DNA of 64,000 nucleotides, taken from the NCBI GenBank assembly GCA_035285125.1, contig JAYKHR010000048.1, positions 96,001-160,000 of the forward strand, read 5' to 3'. The stretch is from Candidatus Sericytochromatia bacterium. Lineage in GTDB: Bacteria > Cyanobacteriota > Sericytochromatia > S15B-MN24 > JAQBPE01. Position 1 is the first letter of the stretch. The number at the start of each line of letters is the position of its first letter. The position numbers and the translations under genes are program-made. The notes under the pieces were generated by a model that was given only the letters and a program-made list of their open reading frames with translations, was not told where the DNA came from and ran no database searches. Below, piece after piece: positions 11,301 through 19,875 of the stretch.

Positions 11301-13229
11301 GAGGGTCACGTGGAGCGGGGCCTGGAACGGGCGCGGCAAATCGCGGCCGGAATCCCGAGGTCCAGCCACTACGTTCGCACCCTCGTCGGGGTCTACCGCC
11401 TCGAGGCCCTGGTGTGGGCCCGCCAGGTCGCCGAGGCCGAGGCCTGCGTCACGGAGCTCGAGGGCCTGCTTTCAGGGACCGACCGCAACGAGAACCACGT
11501 CCGCTTCAACCTCCTGCGCGCCGAGCTGGCCGCCGCCACCGGACGCCTGGAGGACGCAGCGGGCCTGCGCGCGGAAGCAAGCCGCGAGGCCGAGGCGATG
11601 GGGGCCCGGGGCCTTTCCACGCGTGCCGCCACCCTGGAGGCTGCCCTGGCTTACCGCCAGGGAGACCTCCGGCGCGCGCTGGATCTCGGCGAGAGGGCCC
11701 TGGAGGCGGCAAGGCGCCTCGGCGGCGTCTGGTACGAAGCCCTGGCGCTCGTCACGCTGTCGGAGCTTCACCGCGTAGACCTCCGCCCCAGCGCCGTGGC
11801 CCTCAGCCGGCGGCTGCTGGAGCTCGCCCTGGCCCGCAGGCTGCCGTGGCTCGAGGCCGTCGCCCACTTCGAGCTCTCACTCGCCCAGGCGGGCACCGGC
11901 GACGCCGAGGAGGCGCTCAGCCGGGCCCAGCGCACGGTACACGAGCTCGCGGCGGCCATGGCGCCAGAGGCCGCCGCCGCCTTCCTCGCCATGCCGGAGG
12001 CCCGCCGCATCGTGGCCCACGCCCCCGCGGAGGGGCGGGGTTCGGAGAGGCTCACGCGGGAACGCACCTTCGAGCGGCTGCAACTCGTGAACCGCGAGCT
12101 GCAGCTGATCGCCGCCCAGTATGACCAGCTCTTCCGCGACTGGAGCACCCAGAGCACCCAGCTCGAGCAGCTGAACGAGTTCGCGCGGTCCGTGAACCAC
12201 TCCCTGCAGCTCGAGGCCGTGCTCGACCAGGCCGTACTCCTCACGCTCCAGCTCACCAGCGCGGAGCGTGGCTTCCTGTACCTGCTCGACCCGGAGCCCG
12301 AGAGCGCCCCGCGCCTGGCTGCCGCCTGGGATGGCAAGGGCCAGGCCATTCCGGAGGCACGGGCCTCGATGTCGGTGCTGCGTCAGGCGCTCCAGTCTGG
12401 CGACATCGTCTCCATCACGGACGTCGGCGCCAACGAGGAGATGCAGGCCCAACAGTCCATCGCCGCGCTCAACCTGCGCAGCGTGATGTGCGTGCCCTTG
12501 CGGTCGCGGCAGGACGTGCTAGGGGCCCTCTACGTCGACAGCCAGGCGACCCTCAACCCGTTCTCGGCCGCCGAACTCGAGCTGCTGGTGGCGGTTGCGG
12601 GACACACGGCCGTCTCGATCCGCAACGCCATGCTGTACCAGAGCCAGGCGCGCCGGGCCGCGGAGCTGGAGCGGCTGCTCGAGCAGTACCGCCGGGCCGA
12701 CTTCGAGGCCAGCACGGACGAGCTCACGGGCCTCCGAAACCGCCGCTTCTTCGAGGATCAGGCTGGCCGGGAGGTGGAGATCTCCCGGCGCTACGGCCGC
12801 CCCATGAGCCTGGTGCTGCTGGATGTCGACCACTTCAAGTGGTTCAACGATGCGCACGGCCACGCCGTGGGTGACGAGGTGCTGCGCGCCATCGGCCGCA
12901 CGCTGGCTGCCACCGTGCGCTCGGTGGACCTGCCCGCACGCTACGGGGGCGAGGAGCTGGTGGTTCTCTGCCCGGACACCGACGCCGCCGGGGCAGCTGG
13001 CCTGGCCGAGCGCATCCGCAAGGCCGTGGCAGAGATTCACCTCGGGGAAGCCTTCGACCAACCCCTTCCCCACGTGACGTGCTCCCTCGGCGTGGCGGCG
13101 TTCCGGTCCGGCGACGACCAGCTCGGCGACATCCTCGCCCGGGCCGACCAGGGGTTGTATGCAGCCAAAGCCGCCGGCCGGAACCGGGTCTTGAGTTGGA
13201 GCCCGGAGCTCCAGCAGAGCCATGCCTGA
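8343..13229 (+). CDS. Multidomain Ser/Thr kinase - STAND/AAA ATPase - TPR-like - GAF - diguanylate cyclase
   Basis: Kinase LGTGGMS, VAMK, HLDLKPEN, DFG, YLSPE; Walker A GPAGIGKS, Walker B VLVLDE; helical repeats; GAF RSVMCVPL...GALYVDS; GGDEF domain DVDHFK...GHAVGD...RSVD...RYGGEEL. Confidence 0.9.
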   Translation: MRMDVTEASPDLGSRYRLLSQLGTGGMSVVYLVEDCQTGQQVAMKVISQALREAADQAEHLLRFKQEFRTMARLRHPNTCAVHDYGVLKDGRAYLTMEVVEGRGLDECLPMAAEAFLPVLRQLGHALQYIHQQGFVHLDLKPENIRLRDDGVVKLMDFGLMEVTGQALDAVRGTLLYLSPEVARLDRVDARSDLYALGALAYHVLAGQPPFTCASPLEYLRAHLSAVPQPLRELAPAVPPEVAHVVERLLAKEAAARYPSAEGALGALGLGADEGAQATLLESSFVGRRDEVQRLGEALSALQLGEPRHVTIAGPAGIGKSRLLGEFRVQALLEDRPWLYGRATEVGAPYGPFIEMLRGLLPLAHARCPELLRLHAAVLGTLLPELPVGEEAVPIEPEPMAARTQLQLAVVAVLTAISADGGAVLVLDEAEHLDPLSAGLLDLLRRQVPRVPLLIVVAQREAGSGWDDELALGPLTERETGALAGSVLGLETSPPQFTSALHEAARGQPGVVVAVLQHLLRQGTLTRSHGEWTLPDSLQGGQLPRDATDMLLAVVRTASEEARRLVEFAAIFGEPFTLQDARALSSLSEDDLFDALDEAIRAQIIEHRLAGYVLTSSALRLAVYEHVAPEERTQAHRAAARHLEQVHAPAAVRVPADGLDAQTVGPLPLAQLTAIASHSLRADTPARALRWAHIAAERNLEVLALSAAAGLLTRGLELVDGQAEAVPADLRFDLHNALATCLHWQHQLDLARHHVDHAEALLEDISDRARQLEWLVTAGKHFSLRSDHVKAAELQSQAIALAQQLGSARTGVRARINLGRALYFQDRRAEAREVFEMAVQEAQQQGLPSWRASALSQVGYLRAVTEADGRERGVRELSEAVAVQEAIGDKSGLVFSSNLLFELQILHGALQDAQTSAQRCVTLSGELGSIDDHVVAHLNAAIVAFELGDLTQLSQSAAEALRLAERHHHSVVEPLAACLLALLEVLEGHVERGLERARQIAAGIPRSSHYVRTLVGVYRLEALVWARQVAEAEACVTELEGLLSGTDRNENHVRFNLLRAELAAATGRLEDAAGLRAEASREAEAMGARGLSTRAATLEAALAYRQGDLRRALDLGERALEAARRLGGVWYEALALVTLSELHRVDLRPSAVALSRRLLELALARRLPWLEAVAHFELSLAQAGTGDAEEALSRAQRTVHELAAAMAPEAAAAFLAMPEARRIVAHAPAEGRGSERLTRERTFERLQLVNRELQLIAAQYDQLFRDWSTQSTQLEQLNEFARSVNHSLQLEAVLDQAVLLTLQLTSAERGFLYLLDPEPESAPRLAAAWDGKGQAIPEARASMSVLRQALQSGDIVSITDVGANEEMQAQQSIAALNLRSVMCVPLRSRQDVLGALYVDSQATLNPFSAAELELLVAVAGHTAVSIRNAMLYQSQARRAAELERLLEQYRRADFEASTDELTGLRNRRFFEDQAGREVEISRRYGRPMSLVLLDVDHFKWFNDAHGHAVGDEVLRAIGRTLAATVRSVDLPARYGGEELVVLCPDTDAAGAAGLAERIRKAVAEIHLGEAFDQPLPHVTCSLGVAAFRSGDDQLGDILARADQGLYAAKAAGRNRVLSWSPELQQSHA

Positions 13230-14316
13230 GGCGGGCGGGCGGGTGAGCAAGCTCGAGAGGCTGCGCCGACCGGACCTGGTCGGGTTGAGGGCACCGACGC
13301 CGATGGCCGAGGATCTGCCCGTGCGGCTCGACGGTCGCCGGACGCCTCTGGATTGGCCGGAGGCGCTCAAGCGTCGTTGTGTGGAAGCCCTGGCCTCGGC
13401 GGCCTGGCACCAGGCCCAAGGCGCCGAGGCGGCGCTGCGCCGCCTCGCCGCCGAACGTGCCGGGCTTCCGCCAAGCTGCGTGGCGCTGTTCGCCCAGGGC
13501 GAGGCCGCGCTTTCAGCCCTCCTGACGACGTGGTGCTGGCAGGGCCGACTGGCCTACCCGATCCCCACCCACCCCGGGTACGCGGTCGCGGCTCAAGTGC
13601 TTGGCATCACGCCCATCGCCGTGCTGTCGCACGCCGACTTCTCGCTCCCCGTCGAGCAACTCGTGGGCGTCGCCAGGCAGCACCAGGTCCAGATGGTGCT
13701 GATCTCGAACCCCTCCGAGCCTAGCGGCACCCTCGTCACGCGGGAGGAGATCCTCACGATCGCCCGGGGCACGGACGCCCTTGTGGTGGTGGATGAACGG
13801 AACCTCGCACTCGGAGAGCTGTCGGTGGCAGACGCGGTGGGCGAGGAGGAGAACCTCGTGGTGCTGCAGGGCCTCGGTCCCAGCCTCCTGGTCGGGGCCT
13901 GGGAGGTGGCCTGGGTCCTGGCCGCCCGCTCGGTGATCGCGGAGCTCGAGAAGCTGCCGGGCACCGCTCGGCTCCCCGTAACGGCCAGCCTTGGCGCCAG
14001 CTGGACGCTGGAGCACCAGGCCGAGCTCACGCCGCCGCCTGCGGAGCTGGCGACGCGCCGCGAGGCCCTGCGCCTGGGCCTCGCTGAACTCGATGGCGTG
14101 GTCACGTGGCCGAGCGTGGCGCACTACATGCTGGTCGGCACCACGCTGCCCGGCCGGGACCTTGCCAGCCTGCTGCGCGACCGCGGGATCGCCGTGCAGG
14201 CCTTCGACCGCTCCCCCCTCAAGACCTGCATCCGCGTGGGCCTCGGCACGCCCGAGGAGAGCACCGCCTTCCTGACGACCATGCGCGGGGTCTTCGGACG
14301 AGCACCCGGTCGATGA
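13222..14316 (+). CDS. HisC-like class I/II aminotransferase fold protein, PLP-lysine motif lost
   Basis: NPSEPSG, LVVVDE, PSVAHYML, IRVGLGTPEE follow the HisC layout; RTFSK is replaced by QGLGP; overlaps the kinase stop. Confidence 0.75.
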   Translation: MPEAGGRVSKLERLRRPDLVGLRAPTPMAEDLPVRLDGRRTPLDWPEALKRRCVEALASAAWHQAQGAEAALRRLAAERAGLPPSCVALFAQGEAALSALLTTWCWQGRLAYPIPTHPGYAVAAQVLGITPIAVLSHADFSLPVEQLVGVARQHQVQMVLISNPSEPSGTLVTREEILTIARGTDALVVVDERNLALGELSVADAVGEEENLVVLQGLGPSLLVGAWEVAWVLAARSVIAELEKLPGTARLPVTASLGASWTLEHQAELTPPPAELATRREALRLGLAELDGVVTWPSVAHYMLVGTTLPGRDLASLLRDRGIAVQAFDRSPLKTCIRVGLGTPEESTAFLTTMRGVFGRAPGR

Positions 14317-14381
14317 CAACCTCCCGGTTTCAAAACCCACCCTGCCAGGCTGGCCCAATGGGCCTTTGAAGGAACACCCTG

Positions 14382-15626
14382 ATGCCCTCCCACGATGACG
14401 CCCTCGCCCCCTCCATTTTCGCGGCTGCCGCCCAGGCCTCCCGTGACGCCCTCGTGGCCCTCACGCGCTGTTTCGTGCAAATCCCCAGCCCCACCACGGA
14501 GGAGGAGGCCCTGGCGGCCGAGGTGCTTGCCACCCTGAAGCGGCTGGGCTACGACGAGGCCTTCACGGACGAACTGGGCAACGTGGTGGGCCGCTTGCGC
14601 GGAGACGGCACGGGCCCCAGCGTGCTCTTCGCCGTGCACCTCGACCACGGAGCCACGGCAGACCGGGAGGGTTGGCGGTTCGACCCGTTTTCGGCTGAGG
14701 TGGCCGACGGCGCCGTGCACGGCTGCGGGGCTGCCGACAACAAGGGGGCCCTCGCGGCCATGCTGCTTGCCGGGGCGCTGGCGCGTCAGGCAGGCGGTCG
14801 CCAGGGCGGGGACTTCATCGTGGCGGGCATCGTCCAGTCGCAGGCCCACGGCAACATTGGCATCCGCTACCTCGTGGACCGCACGTTGCCGGGCCGGGGA
14901 ATACATTACGACCTCGCCGTGTTCGGCAACCCAACGGGCCTGAACGTGCACCTCGGTCAGAGAGGCCGGCTGGCTATGACGCTGACGACGATCGGCCGGG
15001 TCTGCCACGCGGGTGCTCCGTGGCTTGGGAGCAACGCCATCCACGAGATGGTGCCTGTCCTCGGGGCAGTCCAGGAGTTGGCATCGAGCCTGCCCTCGCA
15101 TCCTTTCCTCGACCGATCGACGCTGGCCGTCACCGCGATCGAGAGCGGCCCCGGCGGCACGGCCACCATCCCCGACCGATGCGCCGTGACCCTCGACCGA
15201 CGCTTCCTCCCGAGCGAGGGGGCCGACGCCGTCGTCTGGCAGGTCCAGTCCATCGTGAGTCGCCTCGCCGCGGCGGAACCGGCAATCCGGTCCGAACTGG
15301 AGGTCCGCAAGGCCCACACCCGTTCGTGGACGGGAACCACGCAGGAAGCCGCGTGCCTGATGCATCCCTTCACCACGGAGGCCGACCACGCGCTCGTGCG
15401 CGAGTCCGTGGCGGCCCTGGAGGCCGTCGGGCAGGCACCGCGGCTGGGCCGCTGGCAGTTTCCCACGGACGCGGGCTACGTCGCAGCCGTGAAGAAAGTC
15501 GTGACCATCGGGTACGCGCCAGGAGACGAGCACTTTGCCCAGACGCCGTTCGAGCGCGTGGAGATCGACCGCCTGGTTGCCGCCGCCGCTGGGTATGCAG
15601 CCATCAGCCGGCGCATCTCCGGCTGA
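14382..15626 (+). CDS. M20/ArgE/DapE (YgeY-like) family protein with degenerate metal site
   Basis: GYDEAFTDELGNVVG, HLD, GAADNKG, GRVCHAGAPWLGSNAI, LDRRFLPSE, TIGYAPGDE. Confidence 0.8.
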   Translation: MPSHDDALAPSIFAAAAQASRDALVALTRCFVQIPSPTTEEEALAAEVLATLKRLGYDEAFTDELGNVVGRLRGDGTGPSVLFAVHLDHGATADREGWRFDPFSAEVADGAVHGCGAADNKGALAAMLLAGALARQAGGRQGGDFIVAGIVQSQAHGNIGIRYLVDRTLPGRGIHYDLAVFGNPTGLNVHLGQRGRLAMTLTTIGRVCHAGAPWLGSNAIHEMVPVLGAVQELASSLPSHPFLDRSTLAVTAIESGPGGTATIPDRCAVTLDRRFLPSEGADAVVWQVQSIVSRLAAAEPAIRSELEVRKAHTRSWTGTTQEAACLMHPFTTEADHALVRESVAALEAVGQAPRLGRWQFPTDAGYVAAVKKVVTIGYAPGDEHFAQTPFERVEIDRLVAAAAGYAAISRRISG

Positions 15627-15671
15627 CGCACGACGTCGCCCCGCCCCCCGCGAGGTCTCCAGGAGCGCCTG

Positions 15672-16718
15672 ATGTCCAAAAAAGAAGAGTTTTCCCTCAA
15701 GCCCCGGCTGCATGACGGGTTGCTGGTGCTGGACGCCCAGAACCGGGTGGCCCGCCACAACCGCGCCTTGCTCAGTGCGTTGGCCGACCCGCCTCGCGAC
15801 GACGCGTGGGAGCGGGTCGAGGCGCTGCTCGCGGAGCCCAGCGTGCTGGAGCTGATTGCCAGGGCCCGGCAAGGCGAGGACCCTGGCAGCTTGGAGCTGT
15901 TCGACCCCGCCTGGCTCCAGGGGCGGACCATTGCCATCAGCGCCATCGGACACGGGGACGAGGTGATCGTGGGTGTGCACGACTGGACGGCCGTCTACAA
16001 GCTCGGCACGATGCAACAGGACTTCGTGGCGAACGTGAGCCACGAGCTTCGCACCCCCCTGACGGCCATCCGAATGGCCGCGGAATCGCTCCATATGGGG
16101 GCCATGAAGGACGAGCGCATGCGCGCCAAGTTCCTGAACAACATCGAGGGCGAGGCCGATCGGTTGACCCGGCTGGTCAACGAGTTGCTGACGGTGGCGA
16201 ACCTGATGGGCCGCCCGGTGCTGCACATGTCCCAGTTCGACGTGCAGACCCTTGCCGAGCAGGTCGAGGCCACGCTCCAGCACCACGCGAAGTTGGCCAG
16301 CGTGACGCTGCTCGTGAATTGCCCCGAAGAGGTGCCCCCGATCGAGGCCGACCGGGACCGGTTGCAACAGGTGCTGATCAACCTGGTGGACAACGCGATC
16401 AAGTTCACGCCCGCCAGCGGGACCGTCACGCTCGACATCAGCAGCGAGAAGGGCGGCAGCGAGGTGCGTTGCCGGGTGATCGACTCGGGCATCGGCATTC
16501 CTCCCATCGACCTGCCCCGCATCTTCGAGCGCTTCTATCGCGTCGATAAGGCCCGCTCTCGCGTGACCGGCGGGGTCGGCCTGGGGCTGTCGATCGTCAA
16601 GGACATCATCGAGGCCCACCACGGTAAGATTGCGGTTTCCAGCGAGGTCAACCGGGGCACCACCTTCACGATCGACCTCCCCGTGAGGCAACCCGCCCCG
16701 GACCCGGCGGCCGTCTGA
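15672..16718 (+). CDS. Cytoplasmic sensor histidine kinase (PhoR/WalK-like)
   Basis: H-box FVANVSHELRTPL, N-box NLVDNAIKF, DSGIGI, FERFYRVDKARSR, GLGLSI; no transmembrane segment. Confidence 0.92.
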   Translation: MSKKEEFSLKPRLHDGLLVLDAQNRVARHNRALLSALADPPRDDAWERVEALLAEPSVLELIARARQGEDPGSLELFDPAWLQGRTIAISAIGHGDEVIVGVHDWTAVYKLGTMQQDFVANVSHELRTPLTAIRMAAESLHMGAMKDERMRAKFLNNIEGEADRLTRLVNELLTVANLMGRPVLHMSQFDVQTLAEQVEATLQHHAKLASVTLLVNCPEEVPPIEADRDRLQQVLINLVDNAIKFTPASGTVTLDISSEKGGSEVRCRVIDSGIGIPPIDLPRIFERFYRVDKARSRVTGGVGLGLSIVKDIIEAHHGKIAVSSEVNRGTTFTIDLPVRQPAPDPAAV

Positions 16719-16949
16719 GGCAACGCCTCGCCAAGCAAGGGAACCCCCGACGGCTCTTGGTGACGTGTTCTCAGCTAGCGGGTATAGCGGGCTTGGGTCA
16801 TGCAGGGCGTGGCTGGGGCCCTGGTCCCAGCGCCCGTCCGCGTGTGATGCCCGTCCTTGATCACGAGACGCACAGGCGCTATCTTGCTGCTCAGGCGTGG
16901 CCGCGCGCGTTCGTGGCCTCCCAAACCCGCGCCCCGAGGAGTTCCCGCC

Positions 16950-18638
16950 ATGACCATCCTGCGGTCTGCCCGCCCCCACCTGTCGCTGCTCGCGGCGTTC
17001 ACGCTGGCCACGGCCACGGCTGGCTGTGCCGCGTTCGATCCGAACCCCGGGGTGCTGAGGGGCGCAGCGCCCGCCGGCAAGGCACCGGGAGGTTCGACGG
17101 GTGGAGCGCCGGCCGCGCAGCCGGGCAGCTTGTCGCCCAAACTCGAGGGCCTTGCCAGCGTGGGCAAGCAACCGATGGCAAACGCCCAAGTGCGCGTGTT
17201 CAACGCGGCGACCAACCGCTCCGTACCGCTGGTGGCCGCTGGTGGCCTCAACTACGGCCTCCGGCAGGTGGGAGCCACCACCGACACGAAGGGGCTCTTC
17301 ACCTTCCAGATGCCCTCGCCTCGCGTGGGTGACGTGTTCCGCGTGGTCGTGAGCGACGGCAAGCGGTCGGTGACGACGCTTGTCGCTGCCATCCAGGAAC
17401 CCGGCGCGAGCGGCGTGCGCTACGCCACCATTTCGGCGCTGAGCGAGGGCACCAGCGGCGTGGCGAACGATGGCTTCCGCTTCGCGGTGGACCCGACGAC
17501 GACGCTCGCGGACAACAGCGTCAAGGACCTGATCCTGCTGTCGCAGTCCCTCACGGACGAAGCGGAGGGCAAGCTGCTAGATGAGGTCCTCAACAAGAGC
17601 GCCGACTTCGCCGACCAGCTCGGGAGGAACTTCACCTCGACCGAGCTCTCCAAGCTGTCCGAGAAGGTCGATCCGAGCAACGGCAAGCTTCCTTCCGACG
17701 TGCTGGGCGACGCGATGTCCCGCGCCGGCCTCGAGCGTGTCTTCAAGCAGACGGTGGCCGAGTCTCTGCAGGTGCTCTCCGACCTGCGCCAGGTCGCGAG
17801 CAACGTCGACAGGACAGTCGAAACCACGATCCGCACCCAGGACCTCGACGTCCTGTCCGAGGCGGGCTTCAAGGTTGATCTGGCCGGCACGTCCATCTCC
17901 ATCGAGGGCAACGGCATCGACTTCTCGTTCACGGTGCCTGATGCCGTGGAGCCCCCGCCCGACAGCACGCTGCCGCCGGACCTGCCCGTCCAGGACCCGC
18001 CGGTCGTGGTCGAGGACGAGGAGGCCGAGGCCAACGTGGCCCGTCCTGGCGCCCCGTTGGGCACGGACACGACGAAGTTCAACCCCCTGGTCAAGATGTC
18101 CCACGCCAACGGCGTGCTCAACCTCGAAGTTAGCCAGGCAGCCGGCCAGCAGGACGTCGACACCATCGTCGCGCGCATCTCGAAGTCCCTCACGGGGGCC
18201 AGCTTCAGCGCCCCCACCGTGGGCCTGGCGCTGGCGACGGGCACCAGCAACGCGATTCCCGCGACCGGCACCCACACCATCGAGGCCGTGAGCACCACCA
18301 ACGCGGCACCGGTGGCCGTGAGCCAGCGCATGGGCGGCTTCTCGTTGACGTCCCCGGCCAGCGTCGGGCACTGGAAGTTCAACGACACCGTGATCGCCCT
18401 GGTGCAGGTCTTCGACCGGACGGACCATGTCTACGTCACGATGAGCTACCGCCTGAACGATGCCGTGACGAGCAACGGCGGCCACCTGACGACGATGAAT
18501 GTGGCGGGCGCCGTCCTGGCCCTCTCGACCTCGAAGCTGGCCTCGTCGGAGGCTCTGCCCAACGGCTCCGTGGACATCGACATCTTCTCGCGCGCCGGCA
18601 ACATGATGGAGTACAGCGAGCACATCGACGCGCAGTAA
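16950..18638 (+). CDS. Hypothetical lipoprotein
   Basis: GAGGA RBS; signal peptide ending TAGC (lipobox); Ig-like VRVFNA...TTDTKGLFTF segment; strong GC3 bias. Confidence 0.7.
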   Translation: MTILRSARPHLSLLAAFTLATATAGCAAFDPNPGVLRGAAPAGKAPGGSTGGAPAAQPGSLSPKLEGLASVGKQPMANAQVRVFNAATNRSVPLVAAGGLNYGLRQVGATTDTKGLFTFQMPSPRVGDVFRVVVSDGKRSVTTLVAAIQEPGASGVRYATISALSEGTSGVANDGFRFAVDPTTTLADNSVKDLILLSQSLTDEAEGKLLDEVLNKSADFADQLGRNFTSTELSKLSEKVDPSNGKLPSDVLGDAMSRAGLERVFKQTVAESLQVLSDLRQVASNVDRTVETTIRTQDLDVLSEAGFKVDLAGTSISIEGNGIDFSFTVPDAVEPPPDSTLPPDLPVQDPPVVVEDEEAEANVARPGAPLGTDTTKFNPLVKMSHANGVLNLEVSQAAGQQDVDTIVARISKSLTGASFSAPTVGLALATGTSNAIPATGTHTIEAVSTTNAAPVAVSQRMGGFSLTSPASVGHWKFNDTVIALVQVFDRTDHVYVTMSYRLNDAVTSNGGHLTTMNVAGAVLALSTSKLASSEALPNGSVDIDIFSRAGNMMEYSEHIDAQ

Positions 18639-18651
18639 GCGGGTTCCCTCC

Positions 18652-19506
18652 GTGCGCCGCGCACCTCGAGGATGGGTCCTCGCCGTCTGCCTGCCATTGG
18701 CGCTCGGCGCCTGCACGCAGGGCCTGCCGACCACGTCTGAGGCAGCGCTGGGCCTGGCGGACTTCGCCGATGTGGACCGCTTGCCGGCGCCCGCCCAGGC
18801 CCTGCCTGACACGGCGGCCACGGGGCCGGTCGCTCCGGCCACGACGGGTCCCGTCGAGCCCGCCCAAGGGCCGAGCCCTCAGGAGGAGCCCCTCGCCCCC
18901 TTCGACGACGAGCGCCACCGGGACCTCGAGCAGCCGACGCGCTTCACCCCCGTGCTCAGCCTGTTGTTCGATGAGGTCCGGGCGAACGGGCTGCCCACGG
19001 CCACGCTCGACATCTACCAGGTCAAAGGAGAGCTCGAGGTCCGCGAACTGCGCGTCCTGCTGGAGCGGGCCACGTTCCGTTACGAACGCTTGAAAGCAGG
19101 CACCCGGCTGGGGGACGGGCGGCTCGACATCGGCACTCCGCCCAAGATGAGCCTCCCAGCCTCAATCACGGTCACGGAGACGGATGGGGCCACCTATGCC
19201 CTGGCGGCCGTCAAGGCCAGCAACCTGCTGGCATCCGTGTACGTGGCGGACCTCCGCATCAAGCAGCAGGGCGGCCATCTCTCCGTCGTCAGCATCTCGA
19301 ACTTCTCGCGCGGCAACGATCGCCACGGCCAGCGCACGACGGACGCCTCGGCGCGGATCGTCCAGCGGATCTTCCCGGGCTACTTGCAGGTACCCGGCGA
19401 AAGTGGCGGCATGCGGACGCGCATCCTGGCCTACAGCGAGCCCGATCCCACCACGTCCAAGGAGGCGGTGCGGGTCTACAGGCAGACCGTCGGGGTGGCC
19501 CCCTAA
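18652..19506 (+). CDS. Hypothetical lipoprotein
   Basis: Signal peptide ending LGAC; Pro/Thr linker; 13 nt after the previous gene. Confidence 0.65.
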   Translation: MRRAPRGWVLAVCLPLALGACTQGLPTTSEAALGLADFADVDRLPAPAQALPDTAATGPVAPATTGPVEPAQGPSPQEEPLAPFDDERHRDLEQPTRFTPVLSLLFDEVRANGLPTATLDIYQVKGELEVRELRVLLERATFRYERLKAGTRLGDGRLDIGTPPKMSLPASITVTETDGATYALAAVKASNLLASVYVADLRIKQQGGHLSVVSISNFSRGNDRHGQRTTDASARIVQRIFPGYLQVPGESGGMRTRILAYSEPDPTTSKEAVRVYRQTVGVAP

Positions 19507-19799
19507 CCCCCGAGCAGCGCCTCCAAACGCGCACGCAGCGTCAGCGCATCGCCCCTGACGAGCACCCGCTTCTCGCGGGCCCGCGCGCCGGAGACCAAGG
19601 CCACCTGGGCCCTCGCCACCCCCAACCACCGGGCCACCGCCGCGACGAGGGCCTCATTGGCGGCGTCATCGACGGGCGGTGCCGTGAGCCGCACCCGCAA
19701 CCGCCCCTCCACCTCACCCACGATCTGCTCCTGAGAGGCCCTGGGCTGCACCCGCACGGCCAACAGAAGCCCGCCCCCCGTTTCCTGATAACACGTCAC
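19503..19799 (-). CDS. DUF167/YggU family protein
   Basis: VRVQPRAS...LRVRLTAPPVDDAANEAL...SGARAREKRV. Confidence 0.85.
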   Translation of the reverse strand: MTCYQETGGGLLLAVRVQPRASQEQIVGEVEGRLRVRLTAPPVDDAANEALVAAVARWLGVARAQVALVSGARAREKRVLVRGDALTLRARLEALLGG

Positions 19800-19875
19800 C
19801 GCCGTGAACCCCCCTCTGGCTTGTGTCATGCCCCGATGGCTTGCCGCCACCACGTCGGACGTGTAGCTTGGCTTC

